Origin: a virus
DNA length: 64,000 nt
Virus record (IMG/VR): IMGVR_UViG_3300045988_135522
Strand: one strand, 5' to 3'
The translations under genes and the position numbers were made by a program. This document shows, in pieces, positions 52,495 to 61,766 of the stretch; within the stretch, counting starts at the first letter, position 1; each line of letters starts with the position of its first letter. The notes beneath the pieces are model-generated. The model worked only from the letters and a program-made list of their open reading frames with translations, searched no databases and was not told the DNA's origin.

Positions 52495-53121
52495 ATGGCA
52501 CGAAGATTATTGCCTATCATCGACTTTGCTCATGGGTCTGATGTAGCAGGAAAACAATCTCCTGATGGTAGACATAAGGAATACCTATGGAGTCGTAAAG
52601 TGGGAAAAGCTTTGGCAGAGCGTCTCAAACAAGAAGGATTCGAGGTAGCTTTCACCAATACCGGGGACACCGAAATCGGGCTATCTAGAAGAAAAGAAAT
52701 TGCAAATAAATTAGATACTCCCCGAGGGGGTGCAAAGTTTCTGCTTTCACTCCATAACAATGCTGCAGGCATGGGGAATGAATGGTGCACTGCCCGAGGT
52801 TTTGAAATTTATACCCCTAAGGGACAAACTCGTTCAGATTTATTTGCTACTGTAATATTTGAACAACTCCAAGAAGATTTTCCCATTACGGACGGCTATA
52901 AACACCGAACAGATCCTTCGGATGGAGATCCTGACAAGGAATCCAATTTTACGGTGTTGATGGGCAACAATTACTGGGGAGTACTTCTTGAATGGCTTTT
53001 CCAGGATAATCCCGACGATGTCAAGTTACTCGAAGATGATTCCGTGAATAAGAAACTGGTAGAATCGTTAACTAAAGCTCTTATCTTTATAGATGAGAAT
53101 CTTGATAAATTAAAGCTGTAG
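52495..53121 (+). CDS. N-acetylmuramoyl-L-alanine amidase (Amidase_3-type endolysin)
   Basis: IIDFAHGSDVAGK...EYLWSRKVGKALAERLKQEGFEV...LSRRKEIAN...FLLSLHNNAAG...GFEIYT matches the Amidase_3 metal/catalytic motifs. Confidence 0.8.
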   Translation: MARRLLPIIDFAHGSDVAGKQSPDGRHKEYLWSRKVGKALAERLKQEGFEVAFTNTGDTEIGLSRRKEIANKLDTPRGGAKFLLSLHNNAAGMGNEWCTARGFEIYTPKGQTRSDLFATVIFEQLQEDFPITDGYKHRTDPSDGDPDKESNFTVLMGNNYWGVLLEWLFQDNPDDVKLLEDDSVNKKLVESLTKALIFIDENLDKLKL

Positions 53122-53124
53122 ATT

Positions 53125-54948
53125 ATGCCGACTAACAATGCAACTGAGGTTGTAAAGGGTGTAGTACAACCAAGGTTTTATCAAGTATATGGTGATCTGA
53201 TTGAATCCAAGGAAGTGATGGAACCCCTGGCTATAGTCGGAGGTACTGGCCCTGTTTGTGGATTCGATTGGGTAGACACTTCTAAGTCAGATGTGACTAT
53301 AACCAGTATATTCAATACAACTTCTCTGGAAAATGTTCTTGGCAGGGAAATACTCAGAGGTAAGTCTCGGAGAGTATTCTTATCTAATAAGGGTAATACG
53401 GCTGGTCAAGTCTTCAATGCTTACATTACCCCGGATGGCTTATGTCACATTGCCCCTGATACTCTGACTTTCAACGGAGTTCAACCAGATGGAGGTTGGC
53501 CAAGTCTCACTAATCCCCAAAAGGTAGTGGCTTTTGTAGTGAAAGCTTCTCACTCTTATAAGGCTGATAGTAGTGATCCAGCACCAAGTATATCTAACTT
53601 CACTTGTAATTGGCTGGTATTACCAGGAGAGTTGAAGTTTGAGAACATCCTTCGTTGGGATTATAATGAAGTGATGAACATTCTGGTACAGAGCTCGGTG
53701 CCTTGGAATCAGAATACCGATACTATCATAGGGTTATACTTTGTGGGATGGGATCCATATTGGGATACTGATCCAGAATCTTCTCGGTATAAATCCATAA
53801 TGGCCCAATTTAACTTCACTCTTTGCTTAGTTCCTATCCAAGGGAAATTCCCCGTTGAGCCTTGGGGAATGAGCCCATTAGAAGCTTTGGATTTAGATAG
53901 GCGAGTATCTGCTCTAGAAGAAACTTCAATTCCGGGCCAAGTAGATAACCTCACAGCAAAAGTAGATAACTTGGTGAGTTCATTGGGTTCTGGGGTGGAT
54001 GTAAGCTTAACCAAAGGTGAATCAGGGGATGATGATCAGTTCATATTTACTCGCTTGAATATTAAAGGCTCTACATTTGTATCTGGTAGGAATGTAACTA
54101 AAACCATAAACAGTTCCTGGTATGAGAATGCGGATGCCTTGGGCATATTTATAGCTCCCAATATTAGTCTAGTTAACCCCACTACAGTAGTCTCAGGTAA
54201 CTGGGATATAGGTTCTGTAGTATTTGAACCTGGATTGGATGGGAGTCTAGTAGTTGGAGATGCTATACCTCCGTCTGGTAAAAGCGATTGGCAATTAGTA
54301 GCCATAATCAATCCTCAATTGATAGGGGGTGATTCTAGTCTGGCCATATCCAATGGCTTCATATCTCAGAATGGGCCCGATCCCTCTTTAAGCTGGGTAA
54401 TTGGTATGTACCTTAAGAGGCTGTATTTAAATAAGCAAAAACTTGAAATTGTCGATAGTGGACAGATATCCATTATAGGTAATATACGAAGCTATGCTTA
54501 TTTCAAAGCCATAATGGGAGTTAATACCATTACGCTAAGAGTATTTGTACATGCGTATAATGGTGGAAGTATAGGCGAATGCTCCGTAGATTATAACTTA
54601 GCCAATCTATTTGGTAAAAACTCTAAGATGTCGGGTATTATTGATGATCTCATTAATCTCCGAGATACATCCATAGATACTACCAAAATTTATTTGGCTA
54701 TGCCCACTAACTTTGAAGCAACCGATATTGATGCCACATTATCTAGTGAAAAGAACTTCCAAATTCAGAATTACAATGCTCACCTGGATATCACTACTAA
54801 TAGTGTACACATGGTAGTTAAATATCGAGCAAATAGTGTGGCTTCATCTCCGGGAGATTGGATTAATATATGCCATTCTATAACATTACCTATAACCGAT
54901 AGAACTCTAGACCTATACTCAGATATCATTAGGAATACTTCAGATTGA
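53125..54948 (+). CDS. tail fibre / receptor-binding protein
   Basis: 607-aa ORF at the distal end of the tail module. Ser/Thr/Asn/Gly-rich beta-type sequence. No family recognised. Confidence 0.5.
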   Translation: MPTNNATEVVKGVVQPRFYQVYGDLIESKEVMEPLAIVGGTGPVCGFDWVDTSKSDVTITSIFNTTSLENVLGREILRGKSRRVFLSNKGNTAGQVFNAYITPDGLCHIAPDTLTFNGVQPDGGWPSLTNPQKVVAFVVKASHSYKADSSDPAPSISNFTCNWLVLPGELKFENILRWDYNEVMNILVQSSVPWNQNTDTIIGLYFVGWDPYWDTDPESSRYKSIMAQFNFTLCLVPIQGKFPVEPWGMSPLEALDLDRRVSALEETSIPGQVDNLTAKVDNLVSSLGSGVDVSLTKGESGDDDQFIFTRLNIKGSTFVSGRNVTKTINSSWYENADALGIFIAPNISLVNPTTVVSGNWDIGSVVFEPGLDGSLVVGDAIPPSGKSDWQLVAIINPQLIGGDSSLAISNGFISQNGPDPSLSWVIGMYLKRLYLNKQKLEIVDSGQISIIGNIRSYAYFKAIMGVNTITLRVFVHAYNGGSIGECSVDYNLANLFGKNSKMSGIIDDLINLRDTSIDTTKIYLAMPTNFEATDIDATLSSEKNFQIQNYNAHLDITTNSVHMVVKYRANSVASSPGDWINICHSITLPITDRTLDLYSDIIRNTSD

Positions 54949-54976
54949 ACTGACCATAGTTGAGTTGGTTAAGTGG

Positions 54977-55012
54977 GGCCGGGGTAAGGTTAATAATAAC
55001 CTTGCTCTGGCC
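54977..55012. terminator. bidirectional hairpin between convergent genes
   Basis: GGCC...AAGGTTA ataa TAACCTT...GGCC followed by TTTTT, between stop 54948 (+) and stop 55017 (-). Confidence 0.5.
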
Positions 55013-55016
55013 TTTT

Positions 55017-55664
55017 TCATTGTTTAAGGTCTACTGCAGCTTGTTCTAAAACCCTCTGAATGGTTTTCCTCATCCGGGAAAACATATTAACTGCAAACTT
55101 ATCCCGAGGTAACTCAAAGTAATCTATAAGATGCAATATAGAAAGCTTGCCATGAGAATCTTTGATACGGGATTCAAACCATTTGGGAGGCTCAAGTTGT
55201 ATCTGCATAACCAGATACTCATCGGGTGTAAGGTGTTCCTTCATGTACTGATGGAATCTTTGAGACTGTTCCTCCTTTATTCTGGTCTCATCAGAATCAT
55301 CAAGTAATTCCTTATTATTGTCAAATAACACTTCGAAAGAAGTTAACTCTTGGTTAAACTCTGCTTGCTTGGTATAAGCATTCCTCAGTAACTTACTTTT
55401 ATAAGTTTGCAGGGAAGATAAGAGAGTTGCTTTCAATCTCTCCTCATCGTATTCATCTTGATATTTATTGAAGACGTACAAGAACTTATCCCAGAAGAAA
55501 GAGTTAATTATATCTGGTGTGAGATTAAATCTTCTGGAATTAACCCCTCTCGTCAGCCTACGGATTAAAGGTTTGCAGGTTTTATATAACCTATTAAACA
55601 AATCCTCATCATAAGGTTTTAATTCTGTCAATCTGTGTAGTTCACTTCCGTTGTTGCCTTTCAT
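55017..55664 (-). CDS. sigma-70/ECF-like transcription factor (putative)
   Basis: Start trimmed to MKGNNGSE (ATG 55664) because the tracked N-terminal extension covers the promoter. Region-2-like DEDLFNRLYKTCKPLIRRL...DIINSFFWDKF and region-4-like LSILHLIDYFELPRDKFAVNMFSRMRKTIQRVL. Confidence 0.45.
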   Translation of the reverse strand: MKGNNGSELHRLTELKPYDEDLFNRLYKTCKPLIRRLTRGVNSRRFNLTPDIINSFFWDKFLYVFNKYQDEYDEERLKATLLSSLQTYKSKLLRNAYTKQAEFNQELTSFEVLFDNNKELLDDSDETRIKEEQSQRFHQYMKEHLTPDEYLVMQIQLEPPKWFESRIKDSHGKLSILHLIDYFELPRDKFAVNMFSRMRKTIQRVLEQAAVDLKQ

Positions 55665-55687
55665 AGTAGTAAAGATTTTTAACAATG

Positions 55688-55695
55688 CAAATATA
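55688..55695 (-). promoter_or_regulatory. -7 box TATATTTG on the minus strand
   Basis: The plus-strand CAAATATA at 55688-55695 reads TATATTTG on the minus strand, 24 nt upstream of ATG 55664. Confidence 0.45.
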
Positions 55696-55834
55696 AATAA
55701 TAAAGTAACAACTTGTATGAATTTTATCAAAATTATTTCACCGTCTGTGTTCAAGTATGTTCAAAGATGAGCTGGGAGAACTATATTATCTAGCAGATAC
55801 TATTGATTATACATTCATGAATATTATATAATAT

Positions 55835-57301
55835 ATGAAACAAAATAGGGTAAAGAAGAGGTTAAGCTCTTGTGACAAGTTTACATTCTCTATCGAGTTT
55901 CAATTGGAAGTACTTAGGTTTTTGGTACAAGGGAAAGAAGCTCTTCTATATATTCCCAAAATAAAACCCGGGTACTTTACTTTGATTGAGCACTCAGTAG
56001 TAGTAGAAGCTTTGGTAAAATTTGTAAAGAAATATCAACGAATACCCAGTGAGGTTTTAATGGTTGAACAAGTTAAAACCCTATTAGAAGGCAAAGATTA
56101 TGTGGACTTAGTTACCAAGGATGATATTCCTAACATTCATAGTTTAATATCGGACCTTTACAATAAGCCCCTGAAAGACGTAGATATTATTCTGGAGAAT
56201 ATACATAAATTCATTGCCTATATTGAGCTAAAGGCTTTGAACGAGGGTATGGATTTTTCGGATTATAATCTATATGAAACTTATCAAGCTAAATTAACTA
56301 AGATCCTACAGAGTTCAAAACCCCAAAAGAAGGATGAACCTTTGCTCATGGTTAGCGGAACTGCAATGCGACAGCTTATGAGAAAGGTTGACCCAGATGT
56401 GGTTCCTACTCCATTCTGGCAGTTGAATAGGTTGGGTAATGGAGATGGATATCCCAAGAACTCTCTCTTCGTTTTGATTGACCGTCCTAAACGAAGGAAG
56501 ACTTTTGCACTTATCAATGTTGCTCGGGGATACCTGGCAATGAAAAAGAATGTCCTCTATATAGATACCGAAAATGGTAAGAACCAGTTAATGGACCGTA
56601 TGATTCAGTCCACCCTAAATAAGACCAAGAGGGAAATGTTAACTGGTGATTATGATAAGATGGAGCAAAGGCACATGCGTAAATATAAACGTCTTGGTGT
56701 AGAGTTTATTGTGGAGCGTGTACCTGCAACCATTGCGGATTGTAATACCATTATTAACTTGGTTAGGAAACTGGAAACCGAGAAAGGTATCAAGGTGAAT
56801 GTCATAATGGTTGACTATGCTGCAAAGTTAGCTTCTATTGCCCGGGATAGGGATGATGTAGAACGTATCAACAATGTATACATTGACCTGGATAATATGG
56901 GCGATGAGTTAGGGTTAGATGCCATTTGGACTGCCCAACATGTTACCCGAGAAGGTGCTAAGCATCAAGAAACCAGATACGAGGATAATGATATAGCATC
57001 CGCTATTTCTATAATAAGGAATGCAAAATGCGTCATGGGATTAAATTCTACTCAAGACGAAGAAGAGCATAACATCATGAGAATGGAAGTTGTAGTTCAA
57101 CGCGATGGAGTTCCAAATGGTCGGGTAATGTTTAATATGGATCCCGAAAGACAACGGATGAAGGAATTCTCAAAAGAAGCCCGGGCTAAGTACGATGAGT
57201 CCATGGGTAAACAGGTAGATGACTTACTTAAGAAAAAGAAGAGGGTAAGTAATCCCAATGCAGACCCCGAAAAGAGAAGTAAAACCTCAGGAGATATTTA
57301 G
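55835..57301 (+). CDS. DnaB-like replicative helicase
   Basis: FVLIDRPKRRKTFALINVA (Walker A region), VIMVDYAAKL (Walker B) and WTAQHVTREG resemble DnaB-family RecA-fold motifs. Confidence 0.6.
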   Translation: MKQNRVKKRLSSCDKFTFSIEFQLEVLRFLVQGKEALLYIPKIKPGYFTLIEHSVVVEALVKFVKKYQRIPSEVLMVEQVKTLLEGKDYVDLVTKDDIPNIHSLISDLYNKPLKDVDIILENIHKFIAYIELKALNEGMDFSDYNLYETYQAKLTKILQSSKPQKKDEPLLMVSGTAMRQLMRKVDPDVVPTPFWQLNRLGNGDGYPKNSLFVLIDRPKRRKTFALINVARGYLAMKKNVLYIDTENGKNQLMDRMIQSTLNKTKREMLTGDYDKMEQRHMRKYKRLGVEFIVERVPATIADCNTIINLVRKLETEKGIKVNVIMVDYAAKLASIARDRDDVERINNVYIDLDNMGDELGLDAIWTAQHVTREGAKHQETRYEDNDIASAISIIRNAKCVMGLNSTQDEEEHNIMRMEVVVQRDGVPNGRVMFNMDPERQRMKEFSKEARAKYDESMGKQVDDLLKKKKRVSNPNADPEKRSKTSGDI

Positions 57302-57325
57302 ATAAACCTTAATAATTAAAATTGT

Positions 57326-57538
57326 ATGGCACGAGTTATTGATTCTATGGATTTAGCTAAGTTTGGAGAAGGCGTTACATCTTGTAACAAGTGTAAAAAG
57401 GTAATAGCCTTCAATAAGAAGGAAATATTTTTAGACTTAAGCTATGGTCCAGGACATGATGGAGAAGAAAGTGTTAGATGTCCTCAATGCAATTCGGTAT
57501 TACATGTAGGAGAGTTTCACGCCACTGAACACATGTAA
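57326..57538 (+). CDS. zinc-ribbon protein
   Basis: 70 aa with CNKC...CPQC. Confidence 0.5.
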   Translation: MARVIDSMDLAKFGEGVTSCNKCKKVIAFNKKEIFLDLSYGPGHDGEESVRCPQCNSVLHVGEFHATEHM

Positions 57539-57540
57539 TT

Positions 57541-57897
57541 ATGGACATCCGATTATTAAAAATATTTCGGAGGAGGGCTTCCAAAGAAATATGTTTGAGA
57601 AGGCAACCCGGTAACCGGTATCAAATAGTATGTCCGATTGATGAGAGATATAGCTTGGGAGTATTCTTCCGTGAATGGGTACCTATTAGTTCAGAGAAAG
57701 CTTCTATAAGTTGGAATGAAGTTACTCCTAATAATCGGACTCTTGGGTATAGGGATGTTGATAGGTATGAAGTACCTTACAAAAACTCTTTCTTAAGGTT
57801 GGACGAAGCTAAAACAGAGTTGGTAAAGATTCGAAGAGGATATATAGTTCATCACTTAGTTCCTGAGTTATGTCAGAAGTTACCCGTCAATAGATAA
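57541..57897 (+). CDS. hypothetical protein
   Basis: 118-aa ORF followed by hairpin 57902-57934. Confidence 0.5.
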   Translation: MDIRLLKIFRRRASKEICLRRQPGNRYQIVCPIDERYSLGVFFREWVPISSEKASISWNEVTPNNRTLGYRDVDRYEVPYKNSFLRLDEAKTELVKIRRGYIVHHLVPELCQKLPVNR

Positions 57898-57901
57898 TAA
57901 T

Positions 57902-57934
57902 TACCCGGCTATGTTATTCATGGTCGGGTATTTT
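57902..57934 (+). terminator. hairpin
   Basis: TACCCG(57902-57907)/CGGGTA(57925-57930) followed by TTTT. Confidence 0.45.
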
Positions 57935-57944
57935 CGTTTACGAT

Positions 57945-58427
57945 ATGAGACTTAACAGCAATATAAAAGGTGTTAAAGTAAAGCCTATACCAAACTATCC
58001 AGAATATTTGGCTTCATTCGACGGTAGAGTATATTCCACTAAATTACATAGATGGCTATCTACTAACCCTCATAAGATATTCGGATATTTACAGGTACAT
58101 CTAAGAAAAAAGACACATAGATTGAATAGGGTTATAGCTACAACTTGGATACCTAATCCCGATAACTTACCATGTGTAGGTCATAAGGATAATAATAGAA
58201 CTAACAATAGAGTAGAAAATCTATATTGGTGTACTCATAAAGAAAATACTCAACAATGTATAAGAGATGGTAGATTCAAACCCAGAGGTAAAACTCCTTT
58301 GAGTATAGAGATTAGACGTAAAATAAAAGCCGAATACTTGAAAGGAAATACCACTCTACAAAAGTTAAGCCGTAAATATGGTAGAGCACATTCAGTTATT
58401 AGGAGGATAGTATATGAGACTAAATAA
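57945..58427 (+). CDS. HNH homing endonuclease (NUMOD4 + HNH_3-like), free-standing
   Basis: IPNYPEYLASFDGRVYS and LNRVIATTWIPNPDNLPCVGHKDNNRTNNRVENLYWCTHKEN. Overlaps the primase start by 14 nt. Confidence 0.8.
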   Translation: MRLNSNIKGVKVKPIPNYPEYLASFDGRVYSTKLHRWLSTNPHKIFGYLQVHLRKKTHRLNRVIATTWIPNPDNLPCVGHKDNNRTNNRVENLYWCTHKENTQQCIRDGRFKPRGKTPLSIEIRRKIKAEYLKGNTTLQKLSRKYGRAHSVIRRIVYETK

Positions 58428-59367
58428 CCATACTAAAGGTCGTTTACATGAATATTTTAGATATAAGTTGAAGGCCTTTGACTACAGACACTCATGGATG
58501 AAGTCAGACTGCCCATACTGTGGAGGAGAAAAGAAGTTCGGCATCAACCTTTCAAACAATCGGTGTAATTGTTTCAAGTGTGGTGAGCATCCTTCTCCGA
58601 TAAGCCTGGTAATGTATCTGGAGAATACGGATAGTTTTCATGAAGTATTATCTATACTCGAATCGGGAGATTATTCTGGATATGTATTCAAAGAAGAGAA
58701 GGTTGAGTTAAAAGGTAAGAAGGAGTTCTTTCTTCCCGATGGCTTTAAGAATATATCTATGGGTACTTCTCTATTGGCAAGGTCAGCCAGGAACTACCTT
58801 AAGAAACGAGGATTTAAGATAGAAGAGTTAGCTCGTAAAGGATGGGGATATTGTAACACAGGTAAGTATCTTGGATATATCATTATCCCATTTACAGAGC
58901 ATGGGCAATTAACTTACTTTAATGCCCGATTATATATGGGCGCTGGCCCCAAATATAATAACCCAGAAGTAGATATAACTGGTTTAGGAAAGAGTTTTAT
59001 TATATATAATGCAGATGCTCTAGAAATATACCGAACCGTTTATATTTGTGAGGGTGCAATCAATGCTGAAACTTTGGGGGAGAATGGAATTGCAACCGGA
59101 GGTAAGGCCGTCAGCAGATACCAGGTAAACAAGTTCATCAAGAGTCCAGTTGAGAAGTTTATAATATTGATTGACCCTGATGCTAAAGATAAAGCATTAG
59201 ATTTGGCATTTAAGTTGGTGCCCTTCAAAAAGGTAAAGGTAGTATTCCTCCCGGATAATGAGGATGTCAATTCACTGGGTAAACAGAGGACTTTAGAATA
59301 TGTACGAGAGACGACATATCAGACTTATCAAGAACTTTTAACTATAAAATCACAGTTAAAATTATAA
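58414..59367 (+). CDS. DNA primase (zinc finger + TOPRIM)
   Basis: CPYCGGEKKFGINLSNNRCNCFKCGEH zinc finger. TOPRIM-like VYICEGAINAETLG ... FIILIDPDAKDKA. Confidence 0.7.
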   Translation: MRLNNHTKGRLHEYFRYKLKAFDYRHSWMKSDCPYCGGEKKFGINLSNNRCNCFKCGEHPSPISLVMYLENTDSFHEVLSILESGDYSGYVFKEEKVELKGKKEFFLPDGFKNISMGTSLLARSARNYLKKRGFKIEELARKGWGYCNTGKYLGYIIIPFTEHGQLTYFNARLYMGAGPKYNNPEVDITGLGKSFIIYNADALEIYRTVYICEGAINAETLGENGIATGGKAVSRYQVNKFIKSPVEKFIILIDPDAKDKALDLAFKLVPFKKVKVVFLPDNEDVNSLGKQRTLEYVRETTYQTYQELLTIKSQLKL

Positions 59368-60203
59368 TGGCACAACGAGAACCTTCTATACATATCTCTA
59401 AAACTTTATTCCGTAAATTATGGAAGGAAATGGGGGGTAGAGTATCTGAAGAATTCGTAGATGAGTTCTTCACTAAAGCCAGGCAATACTCTTTGGACCA
59501 TCGTTCAGTGGTAGGAGAGGATAAAAAGGTACAAACCCAAGCTGTTCGTAGAGCTTCAGGAAGTATAGGAGATGCAAACTTATTAGCAGATATCATCTAT
59601 TCTACTAGAGTCCAACTCAAACACATCGGAGTAACTAAAATAAAGCAAACAGATTTACAATGGGCATCAGTAAAAGAATTAGTACCTGTTGTAAACGAGT
59701 TCTGTCAAAAGTTTGGGTTCGAACCTCGTCAGGGATATATCGAGTTTGTAACCACAGGTATTAAGTTAATGTCCCAAGCAAAAAGAGTTAACTATAACTT
59801 CTGTGCAAATTGGTTACATCAAAGGGTTAATTGGATTATGGATGTATACGAAGCAGATAGAGAAGTAAAAGAAGATTCAGCTCCCCAGTATACCCGAGAA
59901 GTATATGAATATTATACTAAAGAGATTCTTGACAGAATAGGGATTGATAATACTTACGATAAAAACCCTCAAGAGTATGTATGGTTTGTAAGAGCAAGAA
60001 AATTAGCTGATGAAGTTGGAGTTGACTATGAAACCTTTGTTCAAGCTCAGTTCTATGCTTTAGAATTCTGTAATGGAATACCTAAGATAGAAGATTTATC
60101 GAATGACAAGGCTAGACAAAGAGTTATTAATTACATGGCAAGATTTAATATAGTATCTCGGCCTAAATCGGAACATGTAGATTGGGATGCTTTCAAGAAA
60201 TAA
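59367..60203 (+). CDS. hypothetical replication-module protein
   Basis: 278-aa ORF between the primase and helicase genes. No family recognised. Confidence 0.55.
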   Translation: MAQREPSIHISKTLFRKLWKEMGGRVSEEFVDEFFTKARQYSLDHRSVVGEDKKVQTQAVRRASGSIGDANLLADIIYSTRVQLKHIGVTKIKQTDLQWASVKELVPVVNEFCQKFGFEPRQGYIEFVTTGIKLMSQAKRVNYNFCANWLHQRVNWIMDVYEADREVKEDSAPQYTREVYEYYTKEILDRIGIDNTYDKNPQEYVWFVRARKLADEVGVDYETFVQAQFYALEFCNGIPKIEDLSNDKARQRVINYMARFNIVSRPKSEHVDWDAFKK

Positions 60204-60206
60204 GGT

Positions 60207-61637
60207 ATGATAACTATAACCATAAAGAACTGCAATGTTTGTGAATTATCTGGCCCTGCTAAGTTCACAAATAAGTTGTATGAAATGTTCCGGATTAAGC
60301 ATCCGGACGCTTGGCATATAATGATGTATAGCAGGGCAAAGAACTGGGATGGTTACGTAAAATATATCTCTGATTATGGGCAATTCAAAATAGGTCTTCT
60401 AAATAGGGTTTACAATGAATGCCTTAAAACGGGACAGGAGGTTAAAATCATAGATAATAGACCCCAGTTAGGAGTTAAACCAGTAATTCCAACAATACTT
60501 GGAGATAAAGAATTACGGGAAGTACAAAAAGAAGCTCTAGAAAAGATTCTAAATAATCGAGTTGGAGATACTCCTTTTCTTATCTGTGCATCTGATTTGG
60601 CAGTTAATTTCGGAAAGACTTTGGTGTTCTGTGGATTACACCAGGCTTTCAAGAGGAAACTAAAAACTGTTTTATTGTTGAACAGTGCAGACTTATTTAA
60701 GCAGTTCAAAAAAGAGATTCCAGAACTGTTACCTGGTGAAAAGGTTGCATTCATACAGGGAAGTAAATGCAATGACTGGGGTAACTTTAATGTGTGCATG
60801 GTACAGTCTCTTGCCTCAAATATAAACCGGTATCAAAAGTTCCTATCTGAAATAGATATGGTACTTATAGATGAGGCTGACGTGATAGATAATAAAACAT
60901 ATAAAACAGTAATACAACATCTGTATAACTCTAGAATACGAGTAGGTTTGAGTGGTACCATCTACATGAGTAATCAGAAGAAGAAGTTAATACATAACCT
61001 GAATATCATGTCATTTATTGGTGATAAGGTTAACCAGATAAAATTAAGTGATATGATAGAGAAAGGGTATTCTACTCCTATTACTTGCAAGTTGGTATAT
61101 GCTCCCTTTAAATACTCTAAAGATGTGGATTACCCAACAGAATACAAGGAAGTGATATCAGATAATGTTAAAGCTTGGAAACTATCCCTTGACCGTACCA
61201 AGTATAACATTGGTAGAAAGAGATTACCAGCTTTGATAGTATGTAAGTTTATAGGTCATTGTGAAAATCTTTATCGGTATTATGCTAAACATCTCGGGAA
61301 TCAATACAACATACAATATGTACATCATAATACCAAAGGGCGTGATGAAATTCTACAAGCTTTTAGAGAAGGTAAAATCGATATACTAATAGCTACCACG
61401 ATTATTTCTAGAGGTCAAAACTTCCCTGAATTAAAATATCTGCAGAATACTGCATCAATGGATTCTAATGAAAAATCCATACAGATATTGGGACGTCTTG
61501 CAAGAACTCACATGAATAAAAAGAAAGCATACCTGGACGACCTTCAATTTCCGGGTAATTATCTAAAGAGACATGGTAACCATAGACGAATGTATTATCA
61601 GAAAGAAAAATTAAAGGTAATCAGAGTGGAAGGGTAA
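60207..61637 (+). CDS. SF2 DEAD/DEAH-box helicase
   Basis: Motif I AVNFGKTLV, motif II VLIDEAD, motif III GLSGT, motif V/VI ILIATTIISRGQNF / QILGRLAR. Confidence 0.75.
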   Translation: MITITIKNCNVCELSGPAKFTNKLYEMFRIKHPDAWHIMMYSRAKNWDGYVKYISDYGQFKIGLLNRVYNECLKTGQEVKIIDNRPQLGVKPVIPTILGDKELREVQKEALEKILNNRVGDTPFLICASDLAVNFGKTLVFCGLHQAFKRKLKTVLLLNSADLFKQFKKEIPELLPGEKVAFIQGSKCNDWGNFNVCMVQSLASNINRYQKFLSEIDMVLIDEADVIDNKTYKTVIQHLYNSRIRVGLSGTIYMSNQKKKLIHNLNIMSFIGDKVNQIKLSDMIEKGYSTPITCKLVYAPFKYSKDVDYPTEYKEVISDNVKAWKLSLDRTKYNIGRKRLPALIVCKFIGHCENLYRYYAKHLGNQYNIQYVHHNTKGRDEILQAFREGKIDILIATTIISRGQNFPELKYLQNTASMDSNEKSIQILGRLARTHMNKKKAYLDDLQFPGNYLKRHGNHRRMYYQKEKLKVIRVEG

Positions 61638-61676
61638 TACGCATATATGCGCACGTATATACCCACACTTATAACT

Positions 61677-61708
61677 CTATTAGTATTTAGTATACTAAAT
61701 ACTAATAG
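61677..61708. repeat. 32-bp perfect palindrome
   Basis: CTATTAGTATTTAGTATACTAAATACTAATAG equals its own reverse complement. Confidence 0.95.
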
Positions 61709-61710
61709 AG

Positions 61711-61736
61711 GTTTATATAGCTAAAGCTATATAAAC
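61711..61736. repeat. inverted repeat, 12-bp arms, 2-nt centre
   Basis: GTTTATATAGCT aa AGCTATATAAAC. Confidence 0.95.
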
Positions 61737-61745
61737 TTATACTTA

Positions 61746-61760
61746 ACTTACTTAGTAAGT
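61746..61760. repeat. 15-nt palindrome (7-bp arms)
   Basis: ACTTACT t AGTAAGT. Confidence 0.9.
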
Positions 61761-61766
61761 ATTAAC

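Noticed and set aside
58401-58406. Perfect AGGAGG 7 nt upstream of the primase ATG as evidence for Shine-Dalgarno usage.
   Set aside because: It is a single occurrence lying inside the HNH coding sequence (codons AGG AGG = Arg Arg), and other genes lack such elements. It is most likely coincidental, or a relic carried by the mobile endonuclease gene.
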